A DNA stretch of 64,000 nt, taken from the human T2T-CHM13v2.0 reference genome, Homo sapiens. The stretch lies in assembly GCF_009914755.1 (NCBI RefSeq), contig NC_060928.1. The stretch is one strand, 5' to 3'. The notes below the pieces were generated by a model. That model was not told the origin of the DNA. It made no database searches and worked only from the letters and a program-made list of their open reading frames with translations. Numbering within the stretch: the first letter of the stretch is position 1; each line of letters begins with the position of its first letter. Position numbers and translations under genes: made by a program. Positions 1-13,784 of this stretch are shown here, in pieces.

Positions 1-214
1 CTCTCCCCTACATTCCATGGGGTTGTAAATTTTATTTTATCCACATCTCCGCATACCAACCTAACTCACTTGTCATTGCCCATGTGTCCAGTAAGTATAG
101 GTGCATTTCTCAAGCCTTGACTTAACAAAAAAAATTGTGATATACTTCTAGATACAACACAAAGTTTTGTCTAAAGAAAGGATTTCCTGCCACTATTGTA
201 TTTTTTCCAAAGGT

Positions 215-560
215 GAATTTTGAAAATTTTCAGGGAAAGTTGAAAGAATTTTACAGCAAAACAAATATACTTCTTTCCTCTGCTCTAATATAAAACCATC
301 GTTTTTACTTTACTTGTTTTATTACATACCCATCCGTTCCTATTTCCAGTTATTAATTCACCTTATTTTTGAAGAAATTCAAAGAAAATTGTATGTCCCA
401 GTATATTTACATCTAAATGTTTCAACATTCATAGTATTAGCAGTCATCTAATATTTGTTTATGGTTCTTTTATAGGTAAAATTTTCATTCAATAAAGTGA
501 AATTTTAAATATATGATATGATGGGTTCCAGCAAATGTGTACACCTGTGCTAGTAATTCT
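215..560 (-). mobile_element. Old L1M (L1MC/L1ME-type) 3' UTR fragment
   Basis: 'ttttgaaaattttcagggaaagttgaaagaattttacag...' resembles the reverse-strand 3' end of ancient L1M; highly diverged, approximate bounds. Confidence 0.45.
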
Positions 561-1729
561 CTCTAATGTATATTTCATTACCCTAAAACTCACTAACATT
601 CATGAATATATTTTATAGAAAAGAGTGTGATAACAGATTCAGTTGCTAAATGGAAATAGAACATTCTCAGTGATGTCATCTATATGGGATGAGACACAGA
701 GCAGCAAAGCAGAAGAAACAGATGCCATGGAAGTCTAAGCCACCTATTCAAGAATTTTAACTATATCTTCCACAATATATTGGCTTCTTATATATTACTT
801 TTAATTTATAATAAAATGCTGCTGCACACATAGATCATATGTTTAAATGAATCAAGCAATACTGGTTCATGCTGAGAAATTCGCATCACATCTTTTGCTA
901 TTTTATGATCAGCCATTGTTTCTATTGCCTTATGATTTCCCTTTTGAAGCTTGCTGGGGATTCCTCAGATTATCCCAGCTAAAGCTCTGGGTATATCGTG
1001 TCTGCTATGTCAAAAGTTAAAATGATAAAGATGGCAGGCCTGTTCTTGCTGTGCTTCTCAAGAGAAAATTGTAGTGATACCAATTACTAGGTAAATGGGA
1101 CACAGCAGCATTTCCAAACACATGTGGCATGTGCATGTGTAATTTCTCTAAAGTTACCCTTTAGGCAGGTGAGTAAAAGTAATATGTTTCCTGTTTAACT
1201 TCAAGAAAACTCATTTTGACTTCCATTTTTGAATGGAAAAGAAAGCATTTTTTCTCATCAATAGCTGCGCAACGTGTCAGAGATGTTCAGTGTCCCAGGA
1301 AAAATGCTACTGTAGGAAAATAGCAACAATTGGTATCATCACTTGATTAAGTCTGTTGTCATCTGCTCCATCTGTCTTTTGCACCTGTCAAATAGGCATG
1401 TTGTAGGAATCTTCATCCTTACTACATCTTTTAAAGCTTTGATATTGGCATTAATTTCTGCCACTTCTTATGTAACCTTGGAGGAAACTCAGCTTCCAGT
1501 TGGTCCTTTGCATCGTGGTTTATCTCTTTCTGTGGGTCAGGACACTTACTGTCAGAATTCTGCTAAATGAATGCTATTTTCTCTATACATTTTAAAACTG
1601 AAGAAATGTAACTTCTGTGAGCCATGATGAGGCCATCTTGGACCAACGCTCTTTGTGTCATTTGACCTAATCTATTTAAAATGATAAATATTCAAAAATA
1701 TAAATAAAGTATAATAACGGTGTCTTTGA

Positions 1730-2260
1730 ATGCTAAAAGAATGTACATGAAATTGGAGAACAATAAAGAAACTTAGAATGGTGGCTAGATACCAAAACAA
1801 TGCATACAATGCAATTGATTTACTTTCTGCCAGCACCAGGTAGCTGGAAATTACAGATCATGTTCAATAATATCTGGATATAATTATGGTAGAAGAAGTT
1901 TAACAAAAGATTGCAAGTTTTATATTTATATATATGTAAAGCTTTATTGAGATATATTATACTTAAATATGTATATATCATGTTTTAAATTTTCAAGTAT
2001 AGCCCAGTGAAAAATAGAATTTTTTTCAAATTATTTTTAAGGTCATTTCAATCACAAACAAAAGATCAAGGAATAGTCACGATACTCATGAAGGAAAACA
2101 TAGTGCCTAGACTTACTCTATCAGATGTCAAAAATTATGAAGTAATGTTGTGTAAGACAGTATAGCAGTAATAAAGGGATAGAAAATAGACTTATAAAAT
2201 GTAATATAGAAACCAAAAGCCAACACATATGCATTAACACTTTTATATGACAAAAGTGGT
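1730..2260 (+). mobile_element. Ancient L1M ORF2 fragment
   Basis: Degenerate ORF2 motifs 'gataccaaaacaatgcatacaatgcaattgatttac' and 'gacttactctatcagatgtcaaaaattat...aagacagtatag'. Confidence 0.6.
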
Positions 2261-3555
2261 ATTACTTCTTTATTAAATACGTTTATCATTCAAATAAGGT
2301 ATTTAGTCTGAAGAGGAGAATAACTATCAAGGTATGTTAAAAGAAATACTAGGGAATAATTATATTACCCAAATCCAGATGATGATTTTCCTGATGATAT
2401 TCCAACATTAAAATAATGTATTAATAATGATGGAAAGTAAATAAATATAAAAGATAAATATATTTAAAATGCTTGAGACTTTTCGTTTTGACTTAAGTTG
2501 TTCAAAACTTATTTTCATTGCTTCCTTTCTTTAAAATCTTTTAAAATGTATGATAAAAATATTTAAAACACTGAACATGCAGTAGGCATAAATGGAAATT
2601 TGCAAACATCATTGCTCATTGCATATATTAGTGTTAATTTTGTAAAAATTATAAAATATATAAAATTTTGAAAAAATCTTGATATTCTAAAGCCATAAAT
2701 TATTAGTTTACTTTAATAATACATGTATTTTGATTGTAATTAAATTAGTATATTTTAATTTAATAGCATTTATTATAAAATTTTATCAAAACCACAATTT
2801 TCTTATTGTATCACCATTTTATTTTTAAAAATGGAGGAATCAAATAAAGTGAAAAGGAGTAATAAATAGTTAAATTTACAAAATCAAATTAATTTTTTAA
2901 GGTGTACAATATGAGATGAAACTCTCTCTCCCTATATTGCAGTAATACATGTTTATGCATATCTGTCACTACAACATACTCACTAGCCAGGTCACAACCC
3001 TAAGATGAACACTTTCATGGAAATATTTAATCAACAATTTAGATCAATAGGTACAAGATAAACACATCTTCCCTGCCTTAAGTCTTTTTGCTACATATAT
3101 TAATGTGACTTAGTCTTCACTCCAGTAGAGTCCCTCATTCTCTATGACCTCTTCAAACATTTACTGGACAATTTGTGTCTTTATTCTCTCAGTGATTTTG
3201 AATTTACAAATAATTTAAAATCCATATTAATTCCTTCTTCAGATAGATGTTAACATCACTAATAGTAGGAATAAGTCTTATTTATTTTCTATTCTATGTA
3301 AATCTAGTACTTTAGTGTTGAGTATATTATATGTTCAAAATATCTCTTGATTATTAAAGAATATAATCCTAAGGTTATTATTTCCACTGATGAATACAAG
3401 TAGAATTAAGAGTAAAGCTTTCTATAGCTACTTAAACAGGTTAAAGTTAAGTAGTATTTCAAATAACTTATACTATTTTAACATTAAAAATATTACTGAA
3501 ATTCTATGTATAATCAATACAACAAAATAGAAAAACCCAAGTATACATTTGGAAT

Positions 3556-3716
3556 TTTTAAATATTTTGCTGATACATAATTGTTGCATATTTATGGGGC
3601 ACATGATGTTTTGATAAATGTATACAATATGCAATAATTAAATCAGGATAATTGGGATATTTGTCATCGCAAACACTAAGTATTTCTTTGTGTTGGGAAC
3701 ATTCAAAATCTCTTCT
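3556..3716 (-). mobile_element. L1MA-type 3' end fragment
   Basis: 'gatacataattgttgcatatttatggggcacatg...tttctttgtgttgggaacattcaaaatctcttct' matches the L1MA 3' UTR in reverse. Confidence 0.75.
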
Positions 3717-4782
3717 GTGCTTTGAACAACTATATTTAAAAGCTATTACTAATACATTTTCTATTTGAGAAATTTAAAAGAAATAGAATGTCATCACTAT
3801 TTATCTTTAATACATATCACTGCATAATAATAATAGTAATACCTCCTGCAATCCTGTTTTTTTTCTTTCCCAGAATGTGAAGTAACTTTCTAAAGCACAT
3901 TTAATTATAAATAAGTGTGGTTTCCAAAATACTGTTTTCAAAATTAAAGTCAACTTTAGAGTTGATTGTATTCCAAACCTACAGAAGCTGTTGCTCAGAC
4001 AAATGAATACATTTAAAGAAGTGAAAAGAAAGAATACCAGATGTTCCCAAGGAATAGCAAAATAATTTAAAAACCAGTAAGATGTGAAACAAGAGCCATG
4101 AAACAAAATGTTAAACGAAGTGAGGAGCAGCTGTTGAGCTGTATATCTCAAATGTTTACAGCTCAAAATGAAATGTGCTGAAATAAAAATAAACATGAAG
4201 AAAATTCTTCTGTAGAGAAATGTTCAAAATCACCAAATAAATGCAAAGTCCAAAATTATTAGATTAAATTAACATAATTTGCATTGTGAAGAGAAATAAG
4301 AAAATATCTGACTTGATAAGTATTAGACAAAGAAAACAAATAATATATAAATTAGTAAGCTAGTAATGCTGCATCAACAATTTTGCACAGACCAAAATAT
4401 TTGATAGATATCACTAGTAGTAATAATAATAATATGTAATTTGTATTTATAATTTATTATATAAGAAACAAAAGTTATTAGGTTAATGAATAAAAATTTG
4501 ACTATTAATAAAATGGAAGCTTAACAAAGCCTAATTAAAAACTTGAAAATAATAGGAAAAATAGCTTTACCGTTTTATCACCTTCATATAAATTATCTTA
4601 CTTTTTACTTTAAAGAGTATTAAAATTAACTACATAATAAGTGCTTACAGAAAATTAATGAGTTTTTATCATCTGTAGACTAAGAACTCTTGAAAACATG
4701 GATATTTTCAATGATGCATTTTTTTCTTTTCTGTTTTTTTAATCCCATCTGGTTTATCATTCTCTTCTCTAATTAATTAGTG

Positions 4783-5080
4783 TCATTCATTGAACAAATA
4801 TTTTTGGGGAAATTAGGATGTGTAATGCTCTGTTTAAGATATTTGAGATACATCAATAAACAGAAAGTCTAAACTCTGCAACCATGGTTTTTGATTCTAG
4901 TAGGAGTAGACAGTTAATAAACATAATAAATAAGTAAAATATGTAATAAATTTGAAGGTGACAGTTGCTATTGTCAAAATAAAACAGAGTAGAAAGAAAA
5001 AAGAATGTGAGAAAATAAAATTTTAAAGGGAATGGTAACTGGTAATTAGAGGCTTCTCTGAAAAGGTCACATTAAAGCCC
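4783..5080 (-). mobile_element. L2 3' end
   Basis: 'tcattcattgaacaaatattt...' is the L2 terminal motif in reverse, followed by L2a-like body sequence. Confidence 0.7.
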
Positions 5081-5453
5081 AGAGCTTATTTTGAGAAATT
5101 CATGCTTTTATTCTTAGAAACCGATTGTATTTCTATAGTGTCCTAATTGTTTTCATTAAGTTGTGCTTAATGTATTTTTAAAACTTTGTATTTAATTTTA
5201 TTTTGCTTGCACTTCAAAGATTTTAAGCAGGCTTTTTCATTTTTTTGTTTCGGAAACTGTTCTACCTTTAATATTTTCTTTTTCTCTTTCATAAGAAGCA
5301 GCATCTCCTCTTATATTTGCAAAACATCTACTAAATATATTTTAAATGTTTTACTTATTATAGAAAACAATTTTCATCTGGATCTTATTATTGAGTTATA
5401 AGGGAAAATTTCCATTTCATTTATAGTATTTTATTTTATATAGGTTTTGTCAC

Positions 5454-6018
5454 TGTAAGAGTTATCATTTAGTGTGTGACAAATTACCACAAAGTATTTT
5501 TAAACAATATGTATTTATTATTTTATAATTTCTGCATCTCAGGAGTCTGGGCATAGCTTCGCTGGGTTTGTGCTTCAATGTCTTGCAAGGCTGCAATCAA
5601 GGTATCAACCAGGGCTGTTATCACATCAGAGATTTGTTTGGGGAAAGATTTGCTTCCAAGTTTGCTCAGGTTGTTGGCAGGCTTTGTCTCCTTGTATATA
5701 TAGCTATTACCTCCTGTTTCTTTTCTGTCTATTGGCAAGGGGCCACACACAGCTCTTAAAGGCTTTCCACCTTTCTTTGGAACATGTCCCTCTCAAATTG
5801 GTCTATTCAAAATATGGCAGCTAGTTTTTCAAAGCCAGCAAAGGAATCATTGCTCTCATTCATTCTAGTAAGAGAGAACCTTTACACAGCATAACACAAC
5901 AGTGACATCACACCAATACTGCCATATTCTATTGGTTAGAAGCAAGGAATAGGCCCTTCCCAAACTCAGGCTGACGCAGGGCATAAACCTGGGGCCAATC
6001 TAGGGTCTGCTATCCACA
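5454..6018 (-). mobile_element. MLT1 (D/E-like) MaLR solo LTR
   Basis: Starts 'tgtaagagttatc...acaaattaccacaaa', contains 'caaggctgcaatcaaggt' and 'gcttccaagtttgctcaggttgttggcagg', ends 'ggggccaatctagggtctgctatccaca'. Confidence 0.8.
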
Positions 6019-8499
6019 ATTATAAATGTGAATGTCTCTGTTTAAGCCTAGTCATTTTCAACAGGCAGTATCAATGAGATATCCTTAGTTCTCTTCATTT
6101 TCAACATATTTTTGGGAGCATTGACCTCTCAAATATAGTCCTTCAATTCAAATTAATTTGTTATGCCTAGTAAGCATGCCTATTATGGTGTTCTGTAGGA
6201 TGGACTGACCTTTTGATCCTGTGACAAGATTAAATAATAAATTCAGCCTGAGAAACTTTTTCTTACTAATATAATAATTTTGAAATCATCTTTTATTTTG
6301 ATCTCTGCCTTTTCATGCAACCACTTCACTTATGCTACTATGAGTGCCAGGATATAACTCATACAAAATTATTTTACATTTTATGCTTTATTATAAAAAT
6401 AAGTTTCTCTAAATGACTGCTAAATTAGTAGGACTAATCTTGATAGTGATTTAGAATTGGTCCCATTAGTTTGAGATTGAAAATTTTCTCTAGCTGTTTA
6501 CAAGATAGTTCTTATATACTTAAGGTAAAATTTCCTTATGTCCTGTTATTATATTCCTTGCAATCTGAAGTAAGACTGAAATAATTGTAATAAATCAAAG
6601 TTCATCTCTACCCACCCTCAAGCCTCTTGTCTAATTATAAATGGAAGCATGGAACTTGCATTTGAATTCCAATTATTGAAATAATTGTTAGTAAAAATTT
6701 TCCCAAGGCATTCACTTTATTTTCACGTGCATTGATTTGTGACTTCACAGGTTGGATTTTCCTTTATAATATGTCATCATGGTTATTATAAAAGTAAATT
6801 GATAGGAGACATAGTAGATGTCATAGTAAACTGGAAATTTTCTATTTATATGTGACCCTGGTATAGTAACATAAATTGCTCAGCAGACTGTTTCAATTTA
6901 ATTATAAATTATGTTTATTATTTTACCATTCCATATCTATAAGTTTAAAAAACTTAATTTTTGTTATAGCCACATATTCATATCTATTTTAACTTTAATA
7001 TCAGAAGATAGTCAAAATTATTTTATTATTAATTGTCCTATATGTATTTTTCATTTTATTCACTGATTTGTGTGATTTAATTTTCATATTGAAAAGTTTA
7101 GAATCATTTAAAAATCAACATTGCAAATAAAGCAAATTAATTAGAATTATATTTACTGAAGTTTTCTACTAGGCATTAATCCAAACAGTATCAATAGAAA
7201 ATGGTGAGGAAAAAACTCATTTACTTCTCTTCAACATCCTAATTAATACATTAAGTCATAACCTTGTGATTAACCATCAATTTGCACTTTCAGTACTTTA
7301 GAATTTGATTGTATAAAATGCTTTAAACTAGACTTTTAATGTCAAGATTGAATAAACTTAAACTTTACTAACTTTAGTAAGTTTAACATTGGCCTTAATG
7401 TCACCAATTGGATAAAAACATCATGCTATTGTTCATCTCAAAATTAATTCAAATTGTGGGTCAGTGTGGTCTTCTTTTCTTCTGTACTTGATGTAGGAAC
7501 AGGAAATGGTAATGTTGAGAGTAAGAAGAAGTATAAATCAAGAATGAAAAATTCACCTTTCTAGGAACAGGTTAAATATTTATTCACTAAAGACACTAAA
7601 TGTGTTATATATTTTCACATGTATATGAAGAATATAATTCATATAGGATAGAGAGTGGATATTTAAAGAACTGAGGATTCTTTAAAATAAAAAGCAATGT
7701 TGCAATGCAAAGTTCTAATTTTTTCAATTTCACTTTATATTATACCAGCTGATACATCAGAAATTAAAAATATATATTATTTTCTCTGTTATTTTAGTCA
7801 TTACTACTTTGCCAGCCTAAAATACATTGTGATAATGTATTGTTCTTCCCTTGGGTATACTGCAATATTTTTTCCCAACAGGTACAGAATCTAAATATTT
7901 TTGACAGTTTTAAAATGAAAGTGCAGCCAAGAAATGAAAGTAGATATAATTGTGTCATTCATTATTCCCATTCTTTTTTGATCAAAAATGTATTTTCATC
8001 ATCAAATATTATTTACTGTAAGTAATACTGGACTGTCACTCTGATTTGATAATAATGTAATATGCACCACTAAATCCAATACCCTTTGGGACTGAAAATA
8101 AGATAGGTCTACATAATTATCTTTCAAGACATGTTTTCAGTTATAAGTGGACCAGAAAACCACTGAAGTATATCTCTCCTTTCAATTTAGCTGATATTAT
8201 CTCTCTTTCCATTTGTCTTAGCCTTAACTTCAAGAGTTATTGCATAGTCCGTCTGCATTCTTTGTAATTCCTTTAAAATAAATACTGATCATATTTTAAA
8301 CTGTTATCTATAGTTTCTAAAAATTAAATGCCAAGCTTTATTTTTATACATTTCACATAAAATCTGGGAAAATCTAATAAGTTAAAGCTAGGTGAAAATA
8401 TAAATTCATGCCAAATGCATACTTATGTATTCTCCTAGGGAAAATTTTAACATAAGAAAACCTCATAAATGTCTATAAAAAAAACAAACTTCTTTTTAA

Positions 8500-9905
8500 G
8501 AATGACAGGAGAAAGAGACTGCACAGCACATGCATTAAAAGGGGAAGAGAGAAAGATTTCTGTAGATAGAGGAGAAATGGAAAAGGTAAAAAGAGAATAT
8601 TATCGGTGTCTACATGCCAAGAATTTTTAAGCCTAAATTTAAATGGGAAAATGCATTTTATATTAAAAGTTTGAACAGTCCTATAAGTTTAATAAATTTA
8701 AGCAAAGGTTATATAACTGCACATAAAGAAAACACCAGACTCAGATAGTTTCATATGAGAAATCTACCTGACTTAAAGAAAAGCTCATCCCAATTGCAAA
8801 TTGTATTTCTGAGAAAAAGAGAGGACTCCTCCCAACTCAGTCAATGGGATCAATTTAACCTACTAGCAAAACTAGGCAAAGTTTTAGAGGCTGATCTCTA
8901 CTTTCAGGTATCAAGTTGCAAAATTTGTAAAATAAAAAAAGAATCAAATTAAGTCAACTATGATTTAAAAGAAAATATATAATCACCAGATCCGTTTATT
9001 CTCACTTTTCAAGAAGGTATAGTGTGTAAAATATCCGTAAATGTCATTTGTGACATTAATACATCAAAGCAATTTATTCTGAATGGGAAAATAATAGAAG
9101 TGTCCCCTTTAAATCGTACATGACATAAAGAAGTCCATCTATATCACTTCTATCCAATGATAATGATATTGGAGGCCCAATTTAGTAAAATGAGGCAAAA
9201 ATGTAATTAAGGCATAAATTTTGAAAGAAGTTGATAAAACACCTATTTTAGATATTTTCATTATTTAATAATGAACCCTGAAGAATCTGTAGACACAATA
9301 GAAATAAAAGGAGTTTCCCATCAATGGTGGATTGGATAAAGAAAATATAGTACATATACACTACGGAATCCTAGGCAGCCAAAACAAAGAACAAAATTAT
9401 GTCCTATGTAACAACATGGAGGCACCTGGAGGCTGTTGTAATAAGCAAAATAAGGCTTGGCAACAGAAAATCAAACACTGCTTGTTTTTACTTATAAGTA
9501 GGAGCTAAACATTAGGTACTCATGGACATAAAGATGGCAAAAATAGACATAGAAGACAACTAGAGGTGGGAGGGAGGGAGTTAGTTGGGCAAGAGGTGAA
9601 AAACTAATTATTGGGTACTATGCTTACTACCTCAGTGACAGGATCAATTGTACCTCAAGCCTCAGCATTGCACAATATAGCCAGGTAAGAAACCTGCACA
9701 TGCACACCCTGAATATTAAAAAAAAGTTGAAATTATAAAAAAATTTAAAAGGAAAGTTTATAAAGTCTGTTGGACATAGAAATAATATCTAAAGTCAGTT
9801 GCATTTTTATACTTAAAGCAAACAAATAATCTATTTTTGAATTGCATACCATTTACTGTAGTATTTGAGTACACAAATTTCTTAGGAATTAATCTAACAA
9901 AAACG
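8500..9905 (+). mobile_element. Ancient L1M ORF2 fragment interrupted by a younger L1P 3' end
   Basis: Degenerate ORF2 RT-region sequence at about 8500-9316 resumes at about 9750-9905. Confidence 0.6.
9317..9745 (+). mobile_element. 5'-truncated L1PA15-17-like element
   Basis: 'cccatcaatggtggattggataaagaaa...catggacataaagatggcaa...aaacctgcacatgcacaccctgaa...aaaagttgaaattataaaa'; degenerate TSD taaaaggagttt / taaaaggaaagttt. Confidence 0.85.
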
Positions 9906-9919
9906 TTAACTGTTGTATG

Positions 9920-11490
9920 TATTGTAGGAGAGAGAGCTTGAGGAAGAGGACTTTATTATCCAAGGAGAGGAAATCAAGAAACTAAGTGCCAAGAATGCTG
10001 TGAGAATCATCAGTGTGTATAATGAAGTTGCAGTTAAGACAGAAGCAGTATCCATAGGATTAGTACGTTGAGCCAAGGACTAAACATTAAAAAAGAGGAG
10101 AAATATCCTGGTGGTGAGTAGATAATGGCAACAATAACATTATTTGTAGGTAACATAATTTGACATGAGATTTAAAACAAAGGGCTCCTACCTGACCACT
10201 GAAGATTAGGGAGAAAGATTATTTGAAAGGGGCACTTCTCAAAAGAAAACATTTATGCAGCCAACAGACACATGAAAAAATGCTCACCATCACTGGCCAT
10301 CAGAGAAATGCAAATCAAAACCACAATGTGATACCATCTCACACCAGTTAGAATGGTGATCATTAAAAAGTCAGGAAACAACAGATGCTGGAGAGGATGT
10401 GGAGAAATAGGAACACTTTTACACTGTTGGTGGCACTGTAAACTAGTTCAACCATTGTGGAAGTCAGTGTGGCAATTCCTCAGGGATCTAGAACTAGAAA
10501 TACCATTTGACCCAGCCATCCCATTACTGGGTATATGCCCAAAGGATTATAAATCATGCTGCTATAAAGGCACATGCATATGTATGTTTATTGTGGCACT
10601 ATTCACAACAGCAAAGACTTGGAACCAACCCAAATGTCCAACAATGATAGACTGGATTAAGAAAATGTGGCACATATACACCATGGAATACTATGCAGCC
10701 TTAAAAAATGGCGAGTTCATGTCCTTTGTAGGGACATGGATGAAGCTGGAAACCATCATTCTCAGCAAACTTTTGCAAGGACAGAAAACCAAACACCACA
10801 TGTTCTCACTCATAGGTGGTAATTGAACAATGAGAACACATGGACACAGGAAGGGGAACATCACACACCGGGGCCTGTCATGGGATGGGGGGATGGGGGA
10901 GGGATAGCATTAGGAGATATACCTAATGTAAATGAGAATGAGAAGTTAATGGGTGCAGCACACCAACATGGCACATGTGTACATATGTAACAAATGTGCA
11001 CATGGTGCACATATGGAACAAATGTACACATGGTGCACATGTACCCTAGAACTTAAAGTATAATAAAAAAAAAAAAAAGAAAGAAAGGGGCAATAAGGAG
11101 CAAGAAGTCTCACTACCTAAATCCAAGTTCGGTAGCAGAAGAATCAACTTAGGAAATGAAACAAACAAACCAAAACAAAAACCTGAGCTTCTTGAGTAAT
11201 AGTGTTTTCAGGGAAGTAATAGATTTCCAGAACAATACATTGAAGAAAATGCTTAGAGAAGAGGTGGAAGATATTGTGAATCCTCCCAGTAGTGGACTGT
11301 CAGAGTTTGTGGTGTTGGGAAATGTTGAGAGAATGGGGAATCCATGAGGTATGTATGGATAATTACAGGGTTAAAGTATGGAAAATGAAGATTGTCTTGG
11401 CCTTCTGGAAACTCCTCTGGTGACTTAAATGATTTTGTATAAAAGGTATAATGAAAGTATTGGTGAATTCCAGTCACTGCTGTGCACATT
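9920..11490 (-). mobile_element. L2 fragments flanking the L1PA insertion
   Basis: Purine-rich diverged L2-like sequence at about 9920-10224 and about 11093-11490. Confidence 0.45.
10235..11082 (+). mobile_element. 5'-truncated L1PA4/5-like LINE-1 with poly(A) and TSD
   Basis: ORF2 C-terminus (ORF 10353-10826: [16 protein letters not shown]...FSLIGGN), 3' UTR and poly(A); TSD GAAAGGGGCA at 10225-10234 and 11083-11092; TT|GAAA endonuclease-type site. Confidence 0.97.
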
Positions 11491-11723
11491 GTGTGTAGGA
11501 GGAGCAGGTTTCTGACTTACCCTTTACTCCTGTGATATGAATTGAAAGCCTTAGTTTTGGTTCAAGCACTAGGTTCACTCTTGCCTCCAGAGAAAGGGCT
11601 AACTTATTTTTAGTGTGTTTTCTTAAACCCTATTGTGTATAATTAAGTCTTTAGAGAGAGATGCATATTACCTTGAGCAATAGTACTTCACCTTTATCAC
11701 TTCTGTTATCTTTCTTTGAAATT

Positions 11724-12015
11724 CTTTTTTTATTATTATTATACTTTAAGTTCTGGGGTACATGTGCAGAATGTGCAGGTTTGTTACATAGGTATACAAG
11801 TGTCATGGTGGTTTGCTGCACCCATCAACCCATCATCTACATTAGGTATTTCTCCTAACGCTATTCCTCCCCTAGCCCCACCCCGAGCAGGCCCTGGTGT
11901 GTGATAGTCCCTTCCCTATGTCCATGTGTTCTCATTGTTCAGGTCCCTCTTATGAGTGAGAATATGCAGTGTTTAGTTTTCTGTTCTTGTGTTAGTTTGC
12001 TGAGAATGATGGTTT
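11724..12015 (-). mobile_element. L1PA7/8-like 3' end
   Basis: 'ttattatactttaagttctggggtacatgtgcagaatgtgcaggtttgttacatagg...gtttgctgagaatgatggttt'. Confidence 0.92.
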
Positions 12016-13784
12016 GTGTTTTCTATAGTACATAAATAACATTTAAAAATACTAAATTATACACTATCATTGTAGGAGCTGTCATTGCTATAGTATTCTA
12101 GATAATTATTCCTATAGCTCAGTAAGTTTTGAATGTTTTTATCTTTAGAAAGTTCATGTTATTTTGTAAATCAGTCTGTTTTCCTGAATGAGACAACCCC
12201 CATCCACATTACACAAATTCACACTCACATAAACTCATGTTTTTTGTATTTTTAAATTTTCTTAAAGTGTATTGTTCTTATATTTAGTAGACTATTGAAT
12301 TTTGTATATCATTTTATGTCTCATTATATGAGTGTATTTTATTCTAGATAGCTCTCTCTTAATTTTACTCTATTTTACCAGAAGATATTTTGAGGTTTCA
12401 AAATCATGATAATTGTCTTCTATTCAAATAGTTTTATAGGTGATTCATTGCATTGAGCAGAATAATGCTGCTTAACAATTATGATATCTTGATATTCCCC
12501 ATTTATCAGAAGTGAGAAAAAATAATTTGCCTGATTAGTCAGAGGTCAGAATCTGTATTTTCTTCATTAAGGATCCTAGATCTGGTGCAGCAGATGCAAT
12601 TGGATTTTCCACCTGAAAAAAGCTATTATCCACTGTCATTCTCCAAAACCTATCAGTTTCTGCCCTTGCTAAATGGAAGAATTGAAGGGGCCACTGATTG
12701 AAATTGAAACCTCTGCATCTGTAAAGGTTTTCTGTTAGAAAAAAACTTTTCAACTTCCTTGGGTATGTTGTGTTGATACTGATTTACTATTTTTGTTTGG
12801 GGGAAACAAGTATCTTCCACTTGACAGTTCTTACCATAAAACAGCCTTTTCTCTGTGAGATAGAAACCTACTTTGACGATTTTTGCCAGTTGCTGGGCTA
12901 TCATTTCTTATTAAACTTGCAAGAAGTGGGGGCATACTAATTGACTGTATTTTCAGACCTGCCTTTCTCCAACCCTGGGGACATTGGGAAGTAAAATTTG
13001 GCCATTTCTCTCTCCATCTTTCTCTCTCTGTCTCCCCACCATGGCATGTGTGTTTGTCTCTATTTCCCCCTCTCTTTTTTTCTAATATGAAAGAACAGGA
13101 TATAATACACACATAGCATGCAGCTGAAATCAAAAGACTATATATTCTACAGCTTCTGATTTCAGAAAAGATGTCCAAATGGTTAAAAAATCAAAACAAA
13201 AATTTTAAGGTGATTAAATAGAGAATTGTAAATATTTTAAAAGTGGATGTAGTAGACACAATTTGCTTTTGCAAGTTCTTCTTATCTTGCTGATCTAAAA
13301 AGGACCAAAGGAGAAAAAGAAAGAATAATACAAATTACACAGAGGGCAAGAGTAACATACTCTCTACTCTATTCCTCCTTGAGGGATCCCAGGATGAGAA
13401 GAGTACATGCAAGATCATCTTTTTATAGGTTTGAGTGTAAGAACCAATATTAGGAACTTTCACACACTTCTACTCCTAAGTGTGATGAAAGGTAAAATTT
13501 GTAGATATGATTAATAATTATTTCTGTGTAGGAAGGACACAAAGAAATATCCAGATGTCATCATTTAATCCCTTCAAGGAACGTGAAAAAAACAGAAATT
13601 CTAATTCTTCATTGATCCGTCCAAGTCACAGAATATAAAGTGCTACTGAAGGTGAATGAATTTGACAAGACCCGAAGAGGCCCTTCCCATTCAAATGGTA
13701 GCACCTCATTGTGTCTGGGGCTGGGAGGGGCATGGAAGAATGAAATAACCATTTCAGCCAAGTAGGCTCATGAAGAAAGCCCAC

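Noticed and set aside
1343-8952. Short 60-130 aa ORFs here and throughout the window
   Set aside because: Compositionally biased, many with non-ATG starts or within repeats, and no recognisable domains.
10223-10234. Two young L1s sharing a TT|GAAAG target (here and at 39132-39142 on the minus strand)
   Set aside because: A common variant of the L1 endonuclease TT|AAAA preference; two cases are not significant.
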